Shown here piece after piece: positions 49,556 through 59,051 of a stretch of DNA of 64,000 nt (within the stretch, counting starts at the first letter, position 1; each line of letters starts with the position of its first letter). Source of the DNA: Patescibacteria group bacterium (GTDB lineage Bacteria; Patescibacteriota; Minisyncoccia; Phycocordibacterales; DATDWN01); the NCBI GenBank assembly GCA_040384485.1, contig JAZKJH010000002.1, positions 22,235 through 86,234 of the forward strand, in the 5' to 3' direction. Below the pieces are notes generated by a model. The model worked only from the letters and a program-made list of their open reading frames with translations, was not told the origin of the DNA and did not search any database. The position numbers were made by a program, and so were the translations under genes.

Positions 49556-51013
49556 ATGGCATCACTAGAAGAAATAAGAGAGGGTAGAGTCGCAAAATTA
49601 GAACTATTAAGAAGTAAGGGAATCAATCCTTACCCAGCAAAGGTTCCGAGAGATTTTTCTATTGCTGAACTAAAAACAGATTTTGATAAAAAAATACAAG
49701 AAGCTAAGCCTGTTTCAGTAGCTGGAAGAGTTATGGTAAAGCGCGGACAAGGGGCAATACTTTTTGCTGTTATGTTCGACGGCACAGAAAAAGTTCAGGC
49801 TATTTTCAAAAAAGATGCTATGAGTGAAGAAAGTTTTGCACTTTTTGGAGACACAGTGGATATGGGAGATTTTATTTCCATAACAGGAGTTCCAATGGTT
49901 TCTAAAACTGGAGAGAACAGTATTATGGTAGATACTTGGCTTATGGCTTCTAAATCACTTCTTCCTTTGCCTGAAAAGTGGCATGGACTACAGGATGTGG
50001 AGGAAAGATACAGAAAGCGATACCTGGATTTTTTGATGAACGATGAGTTGCGAGATTTGATATTGAAAAAATCAAAGTTTTGGTCAGCAACCAGAAACTT
50101 TATGATTAAAAAAGGTTTTCTAGAAGTAGAAACACCAACCCTTGAGACTACTACAGGTGGAGCAGAGGCAACACCGTTTAAAACCCACCACAACGATTTT
50201 GACCTGGATGTTTATATGCGTATTTCTATAGGAGAGTTGTGGCAGAAAAGACTCATGGCCGGTGGTTTTCCTAAAACTTTTGAAATAGGGAGGGCTTATA
50301 GAAACGAGGGAACTAGTCCTGAACATGCTCAGGAGTTTACTAACATGGAGTTTTACTGGTCTTTTGCTGACTTTAATGACGGAATGAACTTGGTTCGCGA
50401 AATGTACATCGAAATAGCTAATGAAGTTTTTGGTACTACAAAGTTCACTGCAAAAGGTCACACATTTGATTTGGGAGACGAGTGGACCAAAATAGATTAT
50501 GCTGGAGAAGTTTTAAAACAAACAGGCATAGATATTCACAGTGCCACGATGGAGGATATGGAGAAAAAGCTTCAAGAGCTTGGTGTAAAATATGATGGAG
50601 AAAATCGAGAGAGGCTTATGGATACTTTGTGGAAGTACTGCAGGAAAAACATTTCTGGTCCAGCTTTCCTAATAAACCACCCAACTATCGTAGCTCCACT
50701 TGCAAAAAGTAATGTTGACGGCAAAACAGTACAGAGATTTCAGCCTATTTTTGCGGGGAGTGAAGTGGGTAACGGTTACTCAGAGTTGAACGACCCAATA
50801 GATCAGCGAAATAGATTTGAAGAACAACAAAAACTAATAGACAAAGGAGATACAGAAGCTATGATGGCCGACTATGAATTCGTAGAGATGCTAGAACACG
50901 GAATGCCACCTACATGTGGTTTTGGTTTCGGGGAAAGAATGTTTGCAATCCTTGCAGACAAACCATTACGTGAACTACAAGCATTTCCACTCATGAGACC
51001 AAAAAGCGACTAG
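49556..51013 (+). CDS. lysS: Lysine--tRNA ligase (class II)
   Basis: LPEKWHGL, GGAEATPF, YRNEG, NGYSELNDP, GMPP. Confidence 0.97.
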   Translation: MASLEEIREGRVAKLELLRSKGINPYPAKVPRDFSIAELKTDFDKKIQEAKPVSVAGRVMVKRGQGAILFAVMFDGTEKVQAIFKKDAMSEESFALFGDTVDMGDFISITGVPMVSKTGENSIMVDTWLMASKSLLPLPEKWHGLQDVEERYRKRYLDFLMNDELRDLILKKSKFWSATRNFMIKKGFLEVETPTLETTTGGAEATPFKTHHNDFDLDVYMRISIGELWQKRLMAGGFPKTFEIGRAYRNEGTSPEHAQEFTNMEFYWSFADFNDGMNLVREMYIEIANEVFGTTKFTAKGHTFDLGDEWTKIDYAGEVLKQTGIDIHSATMEDMEKKLQELGVKYDGENRERLMDTLWKYCRKNISGPAFLINHPTIVAPLAKSNVDGKTVQRFQPIFAGSEVGNGYSELNDPIDQRNRFEEQQKLIDKGDTEAMMADYEFVEMLEHGMPPTCGFGFGERMFAILADKPLRELQAFPLMRPKSD

Positions 51014-51035
51014 TACTTATTAAGTTATCTAGATT

Positions 51036-51311
51036 ATGAGTCCAAAATTTAAAACAATATTATCTACCGTTCTTCTGTTGGCTATCATACCTGTCTGGTT
51101 TTGGAGTTTATTGATGGCAATGCTTACAGATGGCAGAGTTTGTTACGGTAGTGATGTTTGTTGGTATTCAGTATACTTTAGTTTGTATATTTTACCTCTT
51201 ACTCCGATCGCATATGTTACATATCTAATAACAAAAAAAGATATCTACTTTTATATTATTTTGAGTTTGTTTGGTTTTGCATGCCTAGCTTTTTTATTGA
51301 TGACTTTATAA
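51036..51311 (+). CDS. Small three-TM membrane protein
   Basis: Hydrophobic with a Cys pair (VCYGSDVC); lies between the lysS 3' end and its duplicate. Confidence 0.65.
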   Translation: MSPKFKTILSTVLLLAIIPVWFWSLLMAMLTDGRVCYGSDVCWYSVYFSLYILPLTPIAYVTYLITKKDIYFYIILSLFGFACLAFLLMTL

Positions 51312-51399
51312 CAAACAAATGTAAGTAATATTTCTGCAATACACTTGGAGAATTTATTAACTGAATAAATAATTAGTAACATAAGCTGATTTTATAGAG

Positions 51400-51453
51400 A
51401 GAATGCTCGCAATCCTTGTAGACAAACCATTACGTGAACTACAAGCATTTCCA
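51400..51453 (+). repeat. 54-bp duplicate of the lysS 3' region (50936-50989)
   Basis: 51/54 identical, last 34 nt exact. Confidence 0.9.
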
Positions 51454-51542
51454 TTGAGGTGTCGTAATACAGTATAAAATTTGTTTTTCCTGGGGATGGA
51501 CTACTGTACCTAGATCTGATAGTCTTTTTCACAGAGGTGAAA

Positions 51543-51848
51543 ATGTTCGAGTCAGTCAGGGAATTTCTTGCCAAATATAACATCAGTTTGTGGTCAACCG
51601 CTGAGAGCAAACCGAAGGAAGTCAAAAGACTGTATTTTGACTTCTCAGAAGCTGGATGGAATAGGCTGGTTGAGCTGTCAGAAGCTGCAGATCAGACACC
51701 CCAAGCTTTCGCGATCGATGCGATGCGGGAGTCCATGCTGTTTCGAGATCTTTTGGCCACAGCCAAAGCACAAGGCCACGATTTAGTCGTGGGGGTCATC
51801 CACGAAGACGGTTCTGCAGAAGAGATACCGCTTTTCAAAGCACAGTAA
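51543..51848 (+). CDS. Hypothetical protein, ribbon-helix-helix-like (cassette)
   Basis: GAGGTG SD; KRLYFDFSEAGWNRLVELSE; own terminator. Confidence 0.6.
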   Translation: MFESVREFLAKYNISLWSTAESKPKEVKRLYFDFSEAGWNRLVELSEAADQTPQAFAIDAMRESMLFRDLLATAKAQGHDLVVGVIHEDGSAEEIPLFKAQ

Positions 51849-51902
51849 TTTTAAGGTCCTAACTACATCAGTAGTTGGGGCCTTTTTGTTATCCACATAT
51901 AG

Positions 51903-51970
51903 AGTGGGATGCGGTGTTTCACAGTGGGAAGGAGTGGTATATAATGTTATCTAAGTGGGAAAGAGTGGGA
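51903..51970 (+). promoter_or_regulatory. MraZ-binding direct repeats around the mraZ promoter
   Basis: Five AGTGG(GA) repeats, with pairs at 10-nt spacing, flanking TATAAT. Confidence 0.75.
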
Positions 51971-51986
51971 AATTAATAAAAATGAA

Positions 51987-52421
51987 ATGCTCATAGGCGA
52001 ATACACACACGCAATAGACGATAAAAACAGATTGTCTTTGCCTGCAAAGTTTCGAAAAATAATGGGCAAGAAAGTTTATATAACTCCAGGACTCGATTCT
52101 TGCTTGTTCGTTTTTACACCAAAAGAGTGGGAGAAAATAGAAGAGAAACTTTCCCAATCTTCGATGGGTCAATCTGACAGTAGAAGTTTCAGTAGACATA
52201 TGTTTGCTGGTGCATCTGAAGCAGAGGTCGACTCTATTGGTCGTATACTCGTTCCTGATTTTCTACGAGAAAAAGCAAACCTAAAAAGCAAATGCGTGAT
52301 TATAGGTGTCTCAAGTAGAGTAGAAATATGGAATGAGAAAACTTGGATCGAGTATAAAAAGGTTGTTGAAAAACAAGCTGACAATCTCGCTGAAAAGTTG
52401 GGACAAGTAGGAGTGATTTAA
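51987..52421 (+). CDS. mraZ: Transcriptional regulator MraZ
   Basis: GEYTHAIDDKNRL, DSIGRIL. Confidence 0.96.
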   Translation: MLIGEYTHAIDDKNRLSLPAKFRKIMGKKVYITPGLDSCLFVFTPKEWEKIEEKLSQSSMGQSDSRSFSRHMFAGASEAEVDSIGRILVPDFLREKANLKSKCVIIGVSSRVEIWNEKTWIEYKKVVEKQADNLAEKLGQVGVI

Positions 52422-52422
52422 T

Positions 52423-53322
52423 ATGATCCACAAATCAGTTCTTTTACATGAATCAATAGATGGTTTGGAAATAAAGAAAGGTGATGTTTTTGTTGATGGA
52501 ACTCTAGGCAACGGAGGACACACTGAAATTGTTGCAAAAAGGTTTGGCGATGCCGTTGTCATGATCGGTATCGACCTTGATCCTGAAGCTATATCACGCA
52601 CAAAGGAGCGTCTCGCTCCACTAAATGTGTCAGTAAAGTTTGCAGAAGAGAGTTTTCGCCACATAGATAAAGTTATAAAGTCGCTCGGTGTGGCCCAAGT
52701 AGACAAAATACTTTTAGACATCGGCCTTTCATCAAACCAGTTTGAAGAGTCAGGAAGGGGATTTTCTTTTCAAAAGAATGAACCTTTGATTATGTCTTTT
52801 AAAAAAGACCTAACTGAGAACGACCTGACAGCTCGAGAGATAGTAAACACCTGGGAGGCAGAAAACATCCAGGCGATACTATCTGGCTACGGTGAAGAAC
52901 AGTTTGCTTGGAAGATAGCCAAAGCAATAGTTGCCAGAAGGGAAGAAAGTCCTATTGAAACAACCTTTGACTTGGTGGAGATAATCAAAATAGCAACACC
53001 AAAGTTCTATCATCACAGAAAGATTCACCCAGCTACTAAAACATTCCAAGCTCTTCGTATCGCTGTGAACGACGAGTTGGAGAGCTTGAAGGATGGGTTG
53101 AAGAATGGTTTTGACTCACTCTCAGTCGGCGGAATGATTGCGGTCATATCTTTCCATAGTTTGGAGGACCGCATAGTAAAAAGGTTTTTTAAAGAAAAGG
53201 AAGAAAGCGAAAAAGGTGAGAGGGTTACCAAAAGACCTGTGACTGCCAAGGATTCAGAGTTAAAAGAGAATCCAAGAGCACGAAGTGCAAAACTAAGGAT
53301 ATTTAAGAAAACAGCGAACTAA
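52423..53322 (+). CDS. rsmH: 16S rRNA m4C1402 methyltransferase
   Basis: HKSVLL, DGTLGNGGH, RGFSF, FHSLEDR, NPRARSAKLR. Confidence 0.97.
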   Translation: MIHKSVLLHESIDGLEIKKGDVFVDGTLGNGGHTEIVAKRFGDAVVMIGIDLDPEAISRTKERLAPLNVSVKFAEESFRHIDKVIKSLGVAQVDKILLDIGLSSNQFEESGRGFSFQKNEPLIMSFKKDLTENDLTAREIVNTWEAENIQAILSGYGEEQFAWKIAKAIVARREESPIETTFDLVEIIKIATPKFYHHRKIHPATKTFQALRIAVNDELESLKDGLKNGFDSLSVGGMIAVISFHSLEDRIVKRFFKEKEESEKGERVTKRPVTAKDSELKENPRARSAKLRIFKKTAN

Positions 53323-53352
53323 ATTATTAATTAACAAATACATATAAAAGTT

Positions 53353-53676
53353 ATGACAGAAAAGATTTTAAGTAAGGTTTCAACTTTGGACAAAGAGAGA
53401 GTGTTGTTTTGGGCCATGTTGTCGCTACTTGTTTTGTGTGCTGGTTTTTACATGTATTTCATAAACTCTACAGTTTACAATACTGTCGCGAGACAAAACT
53501 TTGAGACAGAGGCTTCAGCTCTTGCTCTAGAGATAGGAAAGGATGAATTTTCATATATAGCAAAAAGAAACACCATAACTGTGGATTTGGCTTATACACT
53601 AGGTTTCAAGGATGTTGCGGTGAAAAAATATGTTACACGAGGAAGTAGTGACAAGTTTGCATTCTTAGATAGATAG
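53353..53676 (+). CDS. FtsL-like cell division protein
   Basis: Single TM plus coiled region between rsmH and ftsI. Confidence 0.65.
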   Translation: MTEKILSKVSTLDKERVLFWAMLSLLVLCAGFYMYFINSTVYNTVARQNFETEASALALEIGKDEFSYIAKRNTITVDLAYTLGFKDVAVKKYVTRGSSDKFAFLDR

Positions 53677-53736
53677 GTTTTTGTAGGTTTGTTAATCCTC
53701 CGTTTTCTGAGATAATAGAGCGAACCTAATATTTTA

Positions 53737-55440
53737 ATGAAAAGTAATACCAGAATACGTATTATCTCAATTTTTGTGTTTGCATTCGCTCTCGTGTTAA
53801 TAGGGAGATTGTATTTTGTGCAAATAGTTAACCATGACCTTTATATACAAAAGGGTGATAAACAGTACTCATCTACCTCAAAAAAAGTTTTTGACCGTGG
53901 GACCATATTCTTTCAAAACAAGGATGGTAGCTTAGTGTCTGCTGCCACTCTAAAATCTGGATACATAGTCGCCATAAATCCTGAGGTGCTTAAAAATCCT
54001 GATGATGCTTGGAAAAAGTATAACGAGATACTGCCAACAGAGCGGGATGTGTTTATGCAAAAAGTTGCTAAGAAAAATGACACGTATGAGGAGCTGGCTC
54101 AAAGAGTGGATACAGAGGTGGGTGAAAAAATTAATGCTTTAAAGATACCAGGGCTCCAAGCATACAAAGAAAGGTGGAGGTTTTACCCAGGTGGAAATAC
54201 TGCTAGTCGAGTTGTTGGGCTTTTGGGTTACAAAGGTGATGAATATGCAGGACGTTACGGTCTTGAACGGCAGTATGAAAACAATATGCTGAGACAGGAT
54301 GGAGGGTACGTAAACTTTTTTGCAGAAATTTTTTCTGACATAAAATCTTTCGCTGAGGAAAAAGGAGAAGTAGAGGCGGATATTGTAACTACTATAGAAC
54401 CGGCCTTACAATCATATTTGCAAGGGATTTTGAAAGAAACAACTCAGAAGTTCGGAGCAGAAACTATGGGTGGGATTATTATGAACCCTAAAACAGGGGA
54501 GATATATGCTATGGATGTTTATCCAACATTCGACCCCAACAATACCCAGGCTGAAAAGGATATAACGGTTTTTTCTAACCCTTTGGTTGAAAACGTATAC
54601 GAGATGGGTTCGGTAATAAAACCACTCACGGTTTCTGCAGGACTTGATGCTGGAGTTATTAAGGCGAGTACCACTTACTATGATCCGGGGTATCTTGTGG
54701 TGAACAACAAAAGAATATCTAACTTTGATGGTAAGGAAAGAGGGATGGTGGATATTCAGGAAGCACTGTCTCAGTCCCTAAACGTTGGGATGGCAAAGAT
54801 AACTAGTTTACTTGGTAACAAACTTTTTTCTGAGTATATGTATTCGTTTGGGATAGGTGAAAAAACTGGGATTGATTTGCCAAACGAAGGTAGAAACCTG
54901 GTGGATAACCTAAAGAGTCCGAGAGATATAGAGCATGTTACTGCTTCGTTCGGGCAGGGTTTGGCTTTAACTCCTATTTCCACAATACGTTCTTTGGCAG
55001 TTCTGGCAAACGGTGGATTTTTGGTAGAGCCACATGTGGTAAAAAGTATAAACTACAAGATAGGAATATCTAAAACTATAGAACCAAAAACTATACGACA
55101 AGTATTAAAACGAGAAACAACAGAAGAGATATCTCGAATGATGGTACATAGTATGGACAAGGTTTTGCTTGAAGGTAAGCTCAAATTGCCAAACTATAGT
55201 GTGGCCGTAAAAACAGGAACAGCTCAGATGGCAAAACCAGGTGGAGTCGGAGGGTATTACGATGATAAATTTTTACACTCGTTTGTAGGTTATTTCCCAG
55301 CATACGACGCCAAGTTTATTGTGTTCATGTACGTTATTAACCCTAGAGGAGTTAGATACGGATCCGAGACACTTTCCCAGCCATTTGCCGATCTGACAAA
55401 CTTTATCATCAACTACTACGAGGTGCCCCCAGACAGATAG
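53737..55440 (+). CDS. ftsI: Class B penicillin-binding protein FtsI/PBP3
   Basis: RGTIF, RFYP, EMGSVIK, SLN, KTGTAQ; dcw context. Confidence 0.9.
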   Translation: MKSNTRIRIISIFVFAFALVLIGRLYFVQIVNHDLYIQKGDKQYSSTSKKVFDRGTIFFQNKDGSLVSAATLKSGYIVAINPEVLKNPDDAWKKYNEILPTERDVFMQKVAKKNDTYEELAQRVDTEVGEKINALKIPGLQAYKERWRFYPGGNTASRVVGLLGYKGDEYAGRYGLERQYENNMLRQDGGYVNFFAEIFSDIKSFAEEKGEVEADIVTTIEPALQSYLQGILKETTQKFGAETMGGIIMNPKTGEIYAMDVYPTFDPNNTQAEKDITVFSNPLVENVYEMGSVIKPLTVSAGLDAGVIKASTTYYDPGYLVVNNKRISNFDGKERGMVDIQEALSQSLNVGMAKITSLLGNKLFSEYMYSFGIGEKTGIDLPNEGRNLVDNLKSPRDIEHVTASFGQGLALTPISTIRSLAVLANGGFLVEPHVVKSINYKIGISKTIEPKTIRQVLKRETTEEISRMMVHSMDKVLLEGKLKLPNYSVAVKTGTAQMAKPGGVGGYYDDKFLHSFVGYFPAYDAKFIVFMYVINPRGVRYGSETLSQPFADLTNFIINYYEVPPDR

Positions 55441-55442
55441 TT

Positions 55443-56738
55443 ATGGATTATTTAAAACAAACAGCAAAAAAAATACTGCAATGGCAAGCAAAACGAGTGT
55501 TGCAAAAATATAACCCAAAGATAGTGGGGATTATTGGAGCAGTTGGAAAGACTGTTACGAAAGAAACCATATATACTGTTTTGTCTAAAAAAGTCTTTGT
55601 TCGTAAGTCTGAAAAAAGTTTTACTACAGAAGTAGGAGTCCCTTTAACCATACTTGGTCACGCATATGGCACAAACACACTTTTAGAGTGGTTACAGTGT
55701 ATTTTTTCTGGACTCAATTTGATTTTATTTAAAAAGACCTACCCAGAATGGCTTGTTTTAGAACTAGATAGCGACAAGCCAGGAGACCTGGAAGGAGTGA
55801 GTTCTTGGGTTAAACCGGATATATTAGTGGTAACTGCTATTGGAACGGTACCATCACATATAGAGTCTTTTGGGGATATTGAGAATTTTGTTAGGGAAAA
55901 GAGTTTTATGGTAGACGCGGTAAAGAGAGAGGGAGTCATTATTTACAATTCAGACGATGTGTTGGTGGAGAATCTAGTGAAGGATTCTGAAGTTAGAAAA
56001 GTATCCTGTGGAACAAACCCTTTAGCAAATATCAAAGGAGGGGAGCTCGAAATGTTGCTTGGGGGAAAAGACAGCTCAGTTCTCACGGGAATGAAATTTA
56101 ATATAATTTATCGAAAGAAAGAGTACTCTGTTTCTAGACTAGAGTGTGTAGGTATTCACATCGAATACGCTTCACTTCTAGCTTTTGCAGTTGGGCACGA
56201 GTTTCATTTTTCTTCCAAGGATATTGTTACATCCCTAAACAAAGTAAAACCTCTGCAGGGGCGTTCACGAATAATTCAAGGAATAAAAAATTCTGTACTA
56301 GTAGACGATACTTACAATGCTTCGCCACTGGCCACTCGAGAGTTTGTTGGTTTGCTAGGAAAAATAAATACAAATACTAGAAAAGTTTTAATTTTGGGAG
56401 ACATGTTGGAGCTCGGAAAGTATTCGGCAGTGGAGCACAGGAGTCTTGCAGTTTTAGTAAAACAAAATGCTAATTTTGTAGTTACTGTTGGATTTAGAAT
56501 GAGGAAACTAGTGGACGAGCTTTTGAACGAAGGATTTGATGAATCATTAATAATTTCTTTTGACTCGGTAGAAGAGGCCAATAAAACTATGGATAGTCTG
56601 ATACAGGAAGGGGATGTTGTTCTGGTAAAGGGTTCACAAGCGATGCGAATGGAAAAACTAGTGGAGGAGGTAATGCGACACCCAGAGGACGCAAAAAAAG
56701 TTTTGGTTAGACAAGAAGAGGAATGGATGAGTAGATAA
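55443..56738 (+). CDS. murF: UDP-MurNAc-tripeptide--D-Ala-D-Ala ligase
   Basis: GAVGKT, DDTYNASP, LGDMLELG, LVKGSQ. Confidence 0.92.
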   Translation: MDYLKQTAKKILQWQAKRVLQKYNPKIVGIIGAVGKTVTKETIYTVLSKKVFVRKSEKSFTTEVGVPLTILGHAYGTNTLLEWLQCIFSGLNLILFKKTYPEWLVLELDSDKPGDLEGVSSWVKPDILVVTAIGTVPSHIESFGDIENFVREKSFMVDAVKREGVIIYNSDDVLVENLVKDSEVRKVSCGTNPLANIKGGELEMLLGGKDSSVLTGMKFNIIYRKKEYSVSRLECVGIHIEYASLLAFAVGHEFHFSSKDIVTSLNKVKPLQGRSRIIQGIKNSVLVDDTYNASPLATREFVGLLGKINTNTRKVLILGDMLELGKYSAVEHRSLAVLVKQNANFVVTVGFRMRKLVDELLNEGFDESLIISFDSVEEANKTMDSLIQEGDVVLVKGSQAMRMEKLVEEVMRHPEDAKKVLVRQEEEWMSR

Positions 56739-56772
56739 AGAAACACCACCCTTTAGAGGTGGTGTGTTTTTT

Positions 56773-57108
56773 TTAGCTGTACATTCCTTTTCGGTGTAGA
56801 TCCAGCTTCATTGTGATTTGCGGATCTGTAATTTTTTTGAATCGTGGAACAGTCTCACCATTCACGGTGACTGTTTCCATCCACATTTCAAGTGGTCGCA
56901 AGTCAAAAAGCTGACCATTTACATACACGGAGGCCTCCGGGTACAAGGGCCTGTAGATGACCATGTTTGCGTCTTCAGGTCTGCAATTGTCTTCTGTGTG
57001 GCAACCAACCCCTACAAGCTCGTAGGCATAGTTGTTCACAGATACGGTAGGGTCGTGTTTGTAGTGGTAATAATAACCACGCTCTGGAACTTGTGTCGGT
57101 ATTTTCAT
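56773..57108 (-). CDS. DUF1653-family protein (cassette)
   Basis: GYYYHYK, VIYRPLY, RPLEMW..V....PRF; AAGGAG SD. Confidence 0.8.
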   Translation of the reverse strand: MKIPTQVPERGYYYHYKHDPTVSVNNYAYELVGVGCHTEDNCRPEDANMVIYRPLYPEASVYVNGQLFDLRPLEMWMETVTVNGETVPRFKKITDPQITMKLDLHRKGMYS

Positions 57109-57216
57109 AATTTCTCCTTTTGGAGTTTAGCATTTTGGTGGATGATTTCCAACACCGTTACTTAACTGTGAGTATTTACAATTAATTAAATAAATGGCAT
57201 ATTAAAAAAGGAAACA

Positions 57217-57819
57217 ATGAGAACATTAAATCAAAATTTGGACTATCAAACAATCGATGAGATGTTAAATCTCCTCGATGAACCCAACGGTTCTATTTGC
57301 AAACGTATTTTGGCGGACCACAGAGATCTGTTCGAGAAAGCTCACGGTTCGACTCATAACCATCAGACCTGGGAAGGTGGTTACATCGACCATATTACGG
57401 ATGCAATGAACTATACACGGCATCTGTATGTGTTTGATGGGGCGTTCGGAAGACCGCTTCCATTTTCACTTTCCGATGCTTTGCTTGTAATTTTTCTTCA
57501 CGATTTGGAGAAGCCGTGGAGAATATTGGTTCAAAACGGTCAAGTCTCTAACAGGAAAGGTTTGGCTACCAAAGAGGAGTTCAAAAAGTTTCGTGAGGAC
57601 AAGCTTACGGAATACGGGCTTGTTCTTACTCCAGATCAACTCAACGCTTTTACTTATGTTGAGGGGGAGTACAAGGAGTATTCATCCACTCACCGTGTGA
57701 TGAACGAACTCGCAGCCTTTTGTCACAAAGTCGACACCTGGTCTGCACGTGGGTGGTTTGATTATCCGAAAGCAGAAGGGGATGAGTGGACTGGCGCTGG
57801 AAGGTTTCGTTCGAATTGA
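57217..57819 (+). CDS. HD-domain phosphohydrolase-like protein (cassette)
   Basis: HNHQTWEGGYIDH and LHDLEK; AAGGA SD; TGA stop. Confidence 0.75.
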   Translation: MRTLNQNLDYQTIDEMLNLLDEPNGSICKRILADHRDLFEKAHGSTHNHQTWEGGYIDHITDAMNYTRHLYVFDGAFGRPLPFSLSDALLVIFLHDLEKPWRILVQNGQVSNRKGLATKEEFKKFREDKLTEYGLVLTPDQLNAFTYVEGEYKEYSSTHRVMNELAAFCHKVDTWSARGWFDYPKAEGDEWTGAGRFRSN

Positions 57820-57893
57820 TTCAAGTTCATAATAAGAAAAAACACGGCTTGAGGGTCGTGTTTTATTTTTGCAAATTTTGGGAGTACTTTGGT

Positions 57894-58124
57894 CTATTTA
57901 AATAATCTTACTCTCGCTAAGGCATCAACCTGAGCAACGTTGAAGGCGATGCTATCAAGTGGTGTTTGCACATTTTGTACCCAACCAATACCAATACCTC
58001 TTGTATGGATTTCGAGGTCGTTGATGGCTTTTTCCAGGTGAGGGATGTGTGTTTTCACCACCTCAAGTTGTTTTAGTATTTCCTTCTTAAGATACTCAAT
58101 CTCTGGACTGACATTTGTTTCCAT
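57894..58124 (-). CDS. Small helical hypothetical protein (cassette)
   Basis: AAGGAG SD before ATG at 58124. Confidence 0.6.
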   Translation of the reverse strand: METNVSPEIEYLKKEILKQLEVVKTHIPHLEKAINDLEIHTRGIGIGWVQNVQTPLDSIAFNVAQVDALARVRLFK

Positions 58125-58224
58125 CGAACTTCTCCTTCTGTTTGTAAAGTTAGCATACTGAATAACAACTTTCAATGAATTTGATTTTTAGTAAAAATCG
58201 GGTTATTGTTTACCTGTGTTCAAT

Positions 58225-58296
58225 GGCCTTATCGTCTAACGGTTAGGACGAAGCCTTCTCAAGGCTTAAATCCGGGTTCGATTCCCGGTAAGGTCA
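58225..58296 (+). tRNA. tRNA-Glu (CTC)
   Basis: GGCCTTA/TAAGGTC acceptor stem, AAGCC-TTCTCAA-GGCTT anticodon arm, GGTTCGATTCC T-arm. Confidence 0.95.
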
Positions 58297-58394
58297 CATT
58301 AGAAAAATCAGATTCAGGGATAGAAAGTGAGTTGTTCTGTCAAAAATGTCAAATATATATTGTTGCAAGTATGAAAGTATGCTATAATGGAAGC

Positions 58395-59036
58395 ATGCAC
58401 AACAAACAAAAACAGCTTTTAGCTCTCATAGACACTGATCCAAACATTGGGTCATATAGCCTTAGAACAATAGCCGATAAGATTGGTGTGCCTGATAAGC
58501 CACAAATAGTGAAATACCATTTACAACAGCTTGAGAAAGCCGGAATGATTCAAATGAACCTTGAACAAGGGGTTATAAGGCCCGTAAAGCGAGGCCATGT
58601 GAAATCAACAGTTAATACCGTATTCTCACTCCCTGTGGTCGGAAGTGCAAATTGTGGTCCCGCAACAATATTTGCAGAACAAAATATTCAGCAGTATCTC
58701 AAGGTCTCGTCTTCTATGTTGCCATACAGCAAAAAAGATCTCTATTCTGTTATCGCAGACGGTAATAGTATGAATCTTGCAAAACCAGACGATAAAAATT
58801 CTATCGAAAATGGAGATTTCGTTTTAGTAGACAGTGGACACAAAAACTACAAGAACGGAGATATTGTTGTCGCTGTAATAGACGGCATGGCAACTATCAA
58901 GCGGTATAAGTATGACAAGGAAAATCAGCGCATAATACTTGAAGCAGATTCGACTGATAAGTATCTTCCGATATTTATTCACGAAGGTGATGATTTTCAG
59001 TTAAGTGGAAAAGTTGTTGGAATTATTAAAAGTTAA
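58395..59036 (+). CDS. LexA/CI-like repressor with S24 autopeptidase
   Basis: N-terminal HTH (SLRTIADKIG), VGSANCG cleavage-site region, GNSM Ser, ATIKR Lys; ATG at 58395. Confidence 0.9.
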   Translation: MHNKQKQLLALIDTDPNIGSYSLRTIADKIGVPDKPQIVKYHLQQLEKAGMIQMNLEQGVIRPVKRGHVKSTVNTVFSLPVVGSANCGPATIFAEQNIQQYLKVSSSMLPYSKKDLYSVIADGNSMNLAKPDDKNSIENGDFVLVDSGHKNYKNGDIVVAVIDGMATIKRYKYDKENQRIILEADSTDKYLPIFIHEGDDFQLSGKVVGIIKS

Positions 59037-59051
59037 TTTATTAAAACACAT

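Noticed and set aside
13908-51897. Replication origin from scattered DnaA-box-like 9-mers
   Set aside because: The boxes are isolated rather than clustered, and no dnaA/dnaN is in the window.
58206-58394. N-terminal extension of the LexA-like ORF in the track
   Set aside because: It overlaps tRNA-Glu; the likely start is ATG 58395 after TGcTATAAT.
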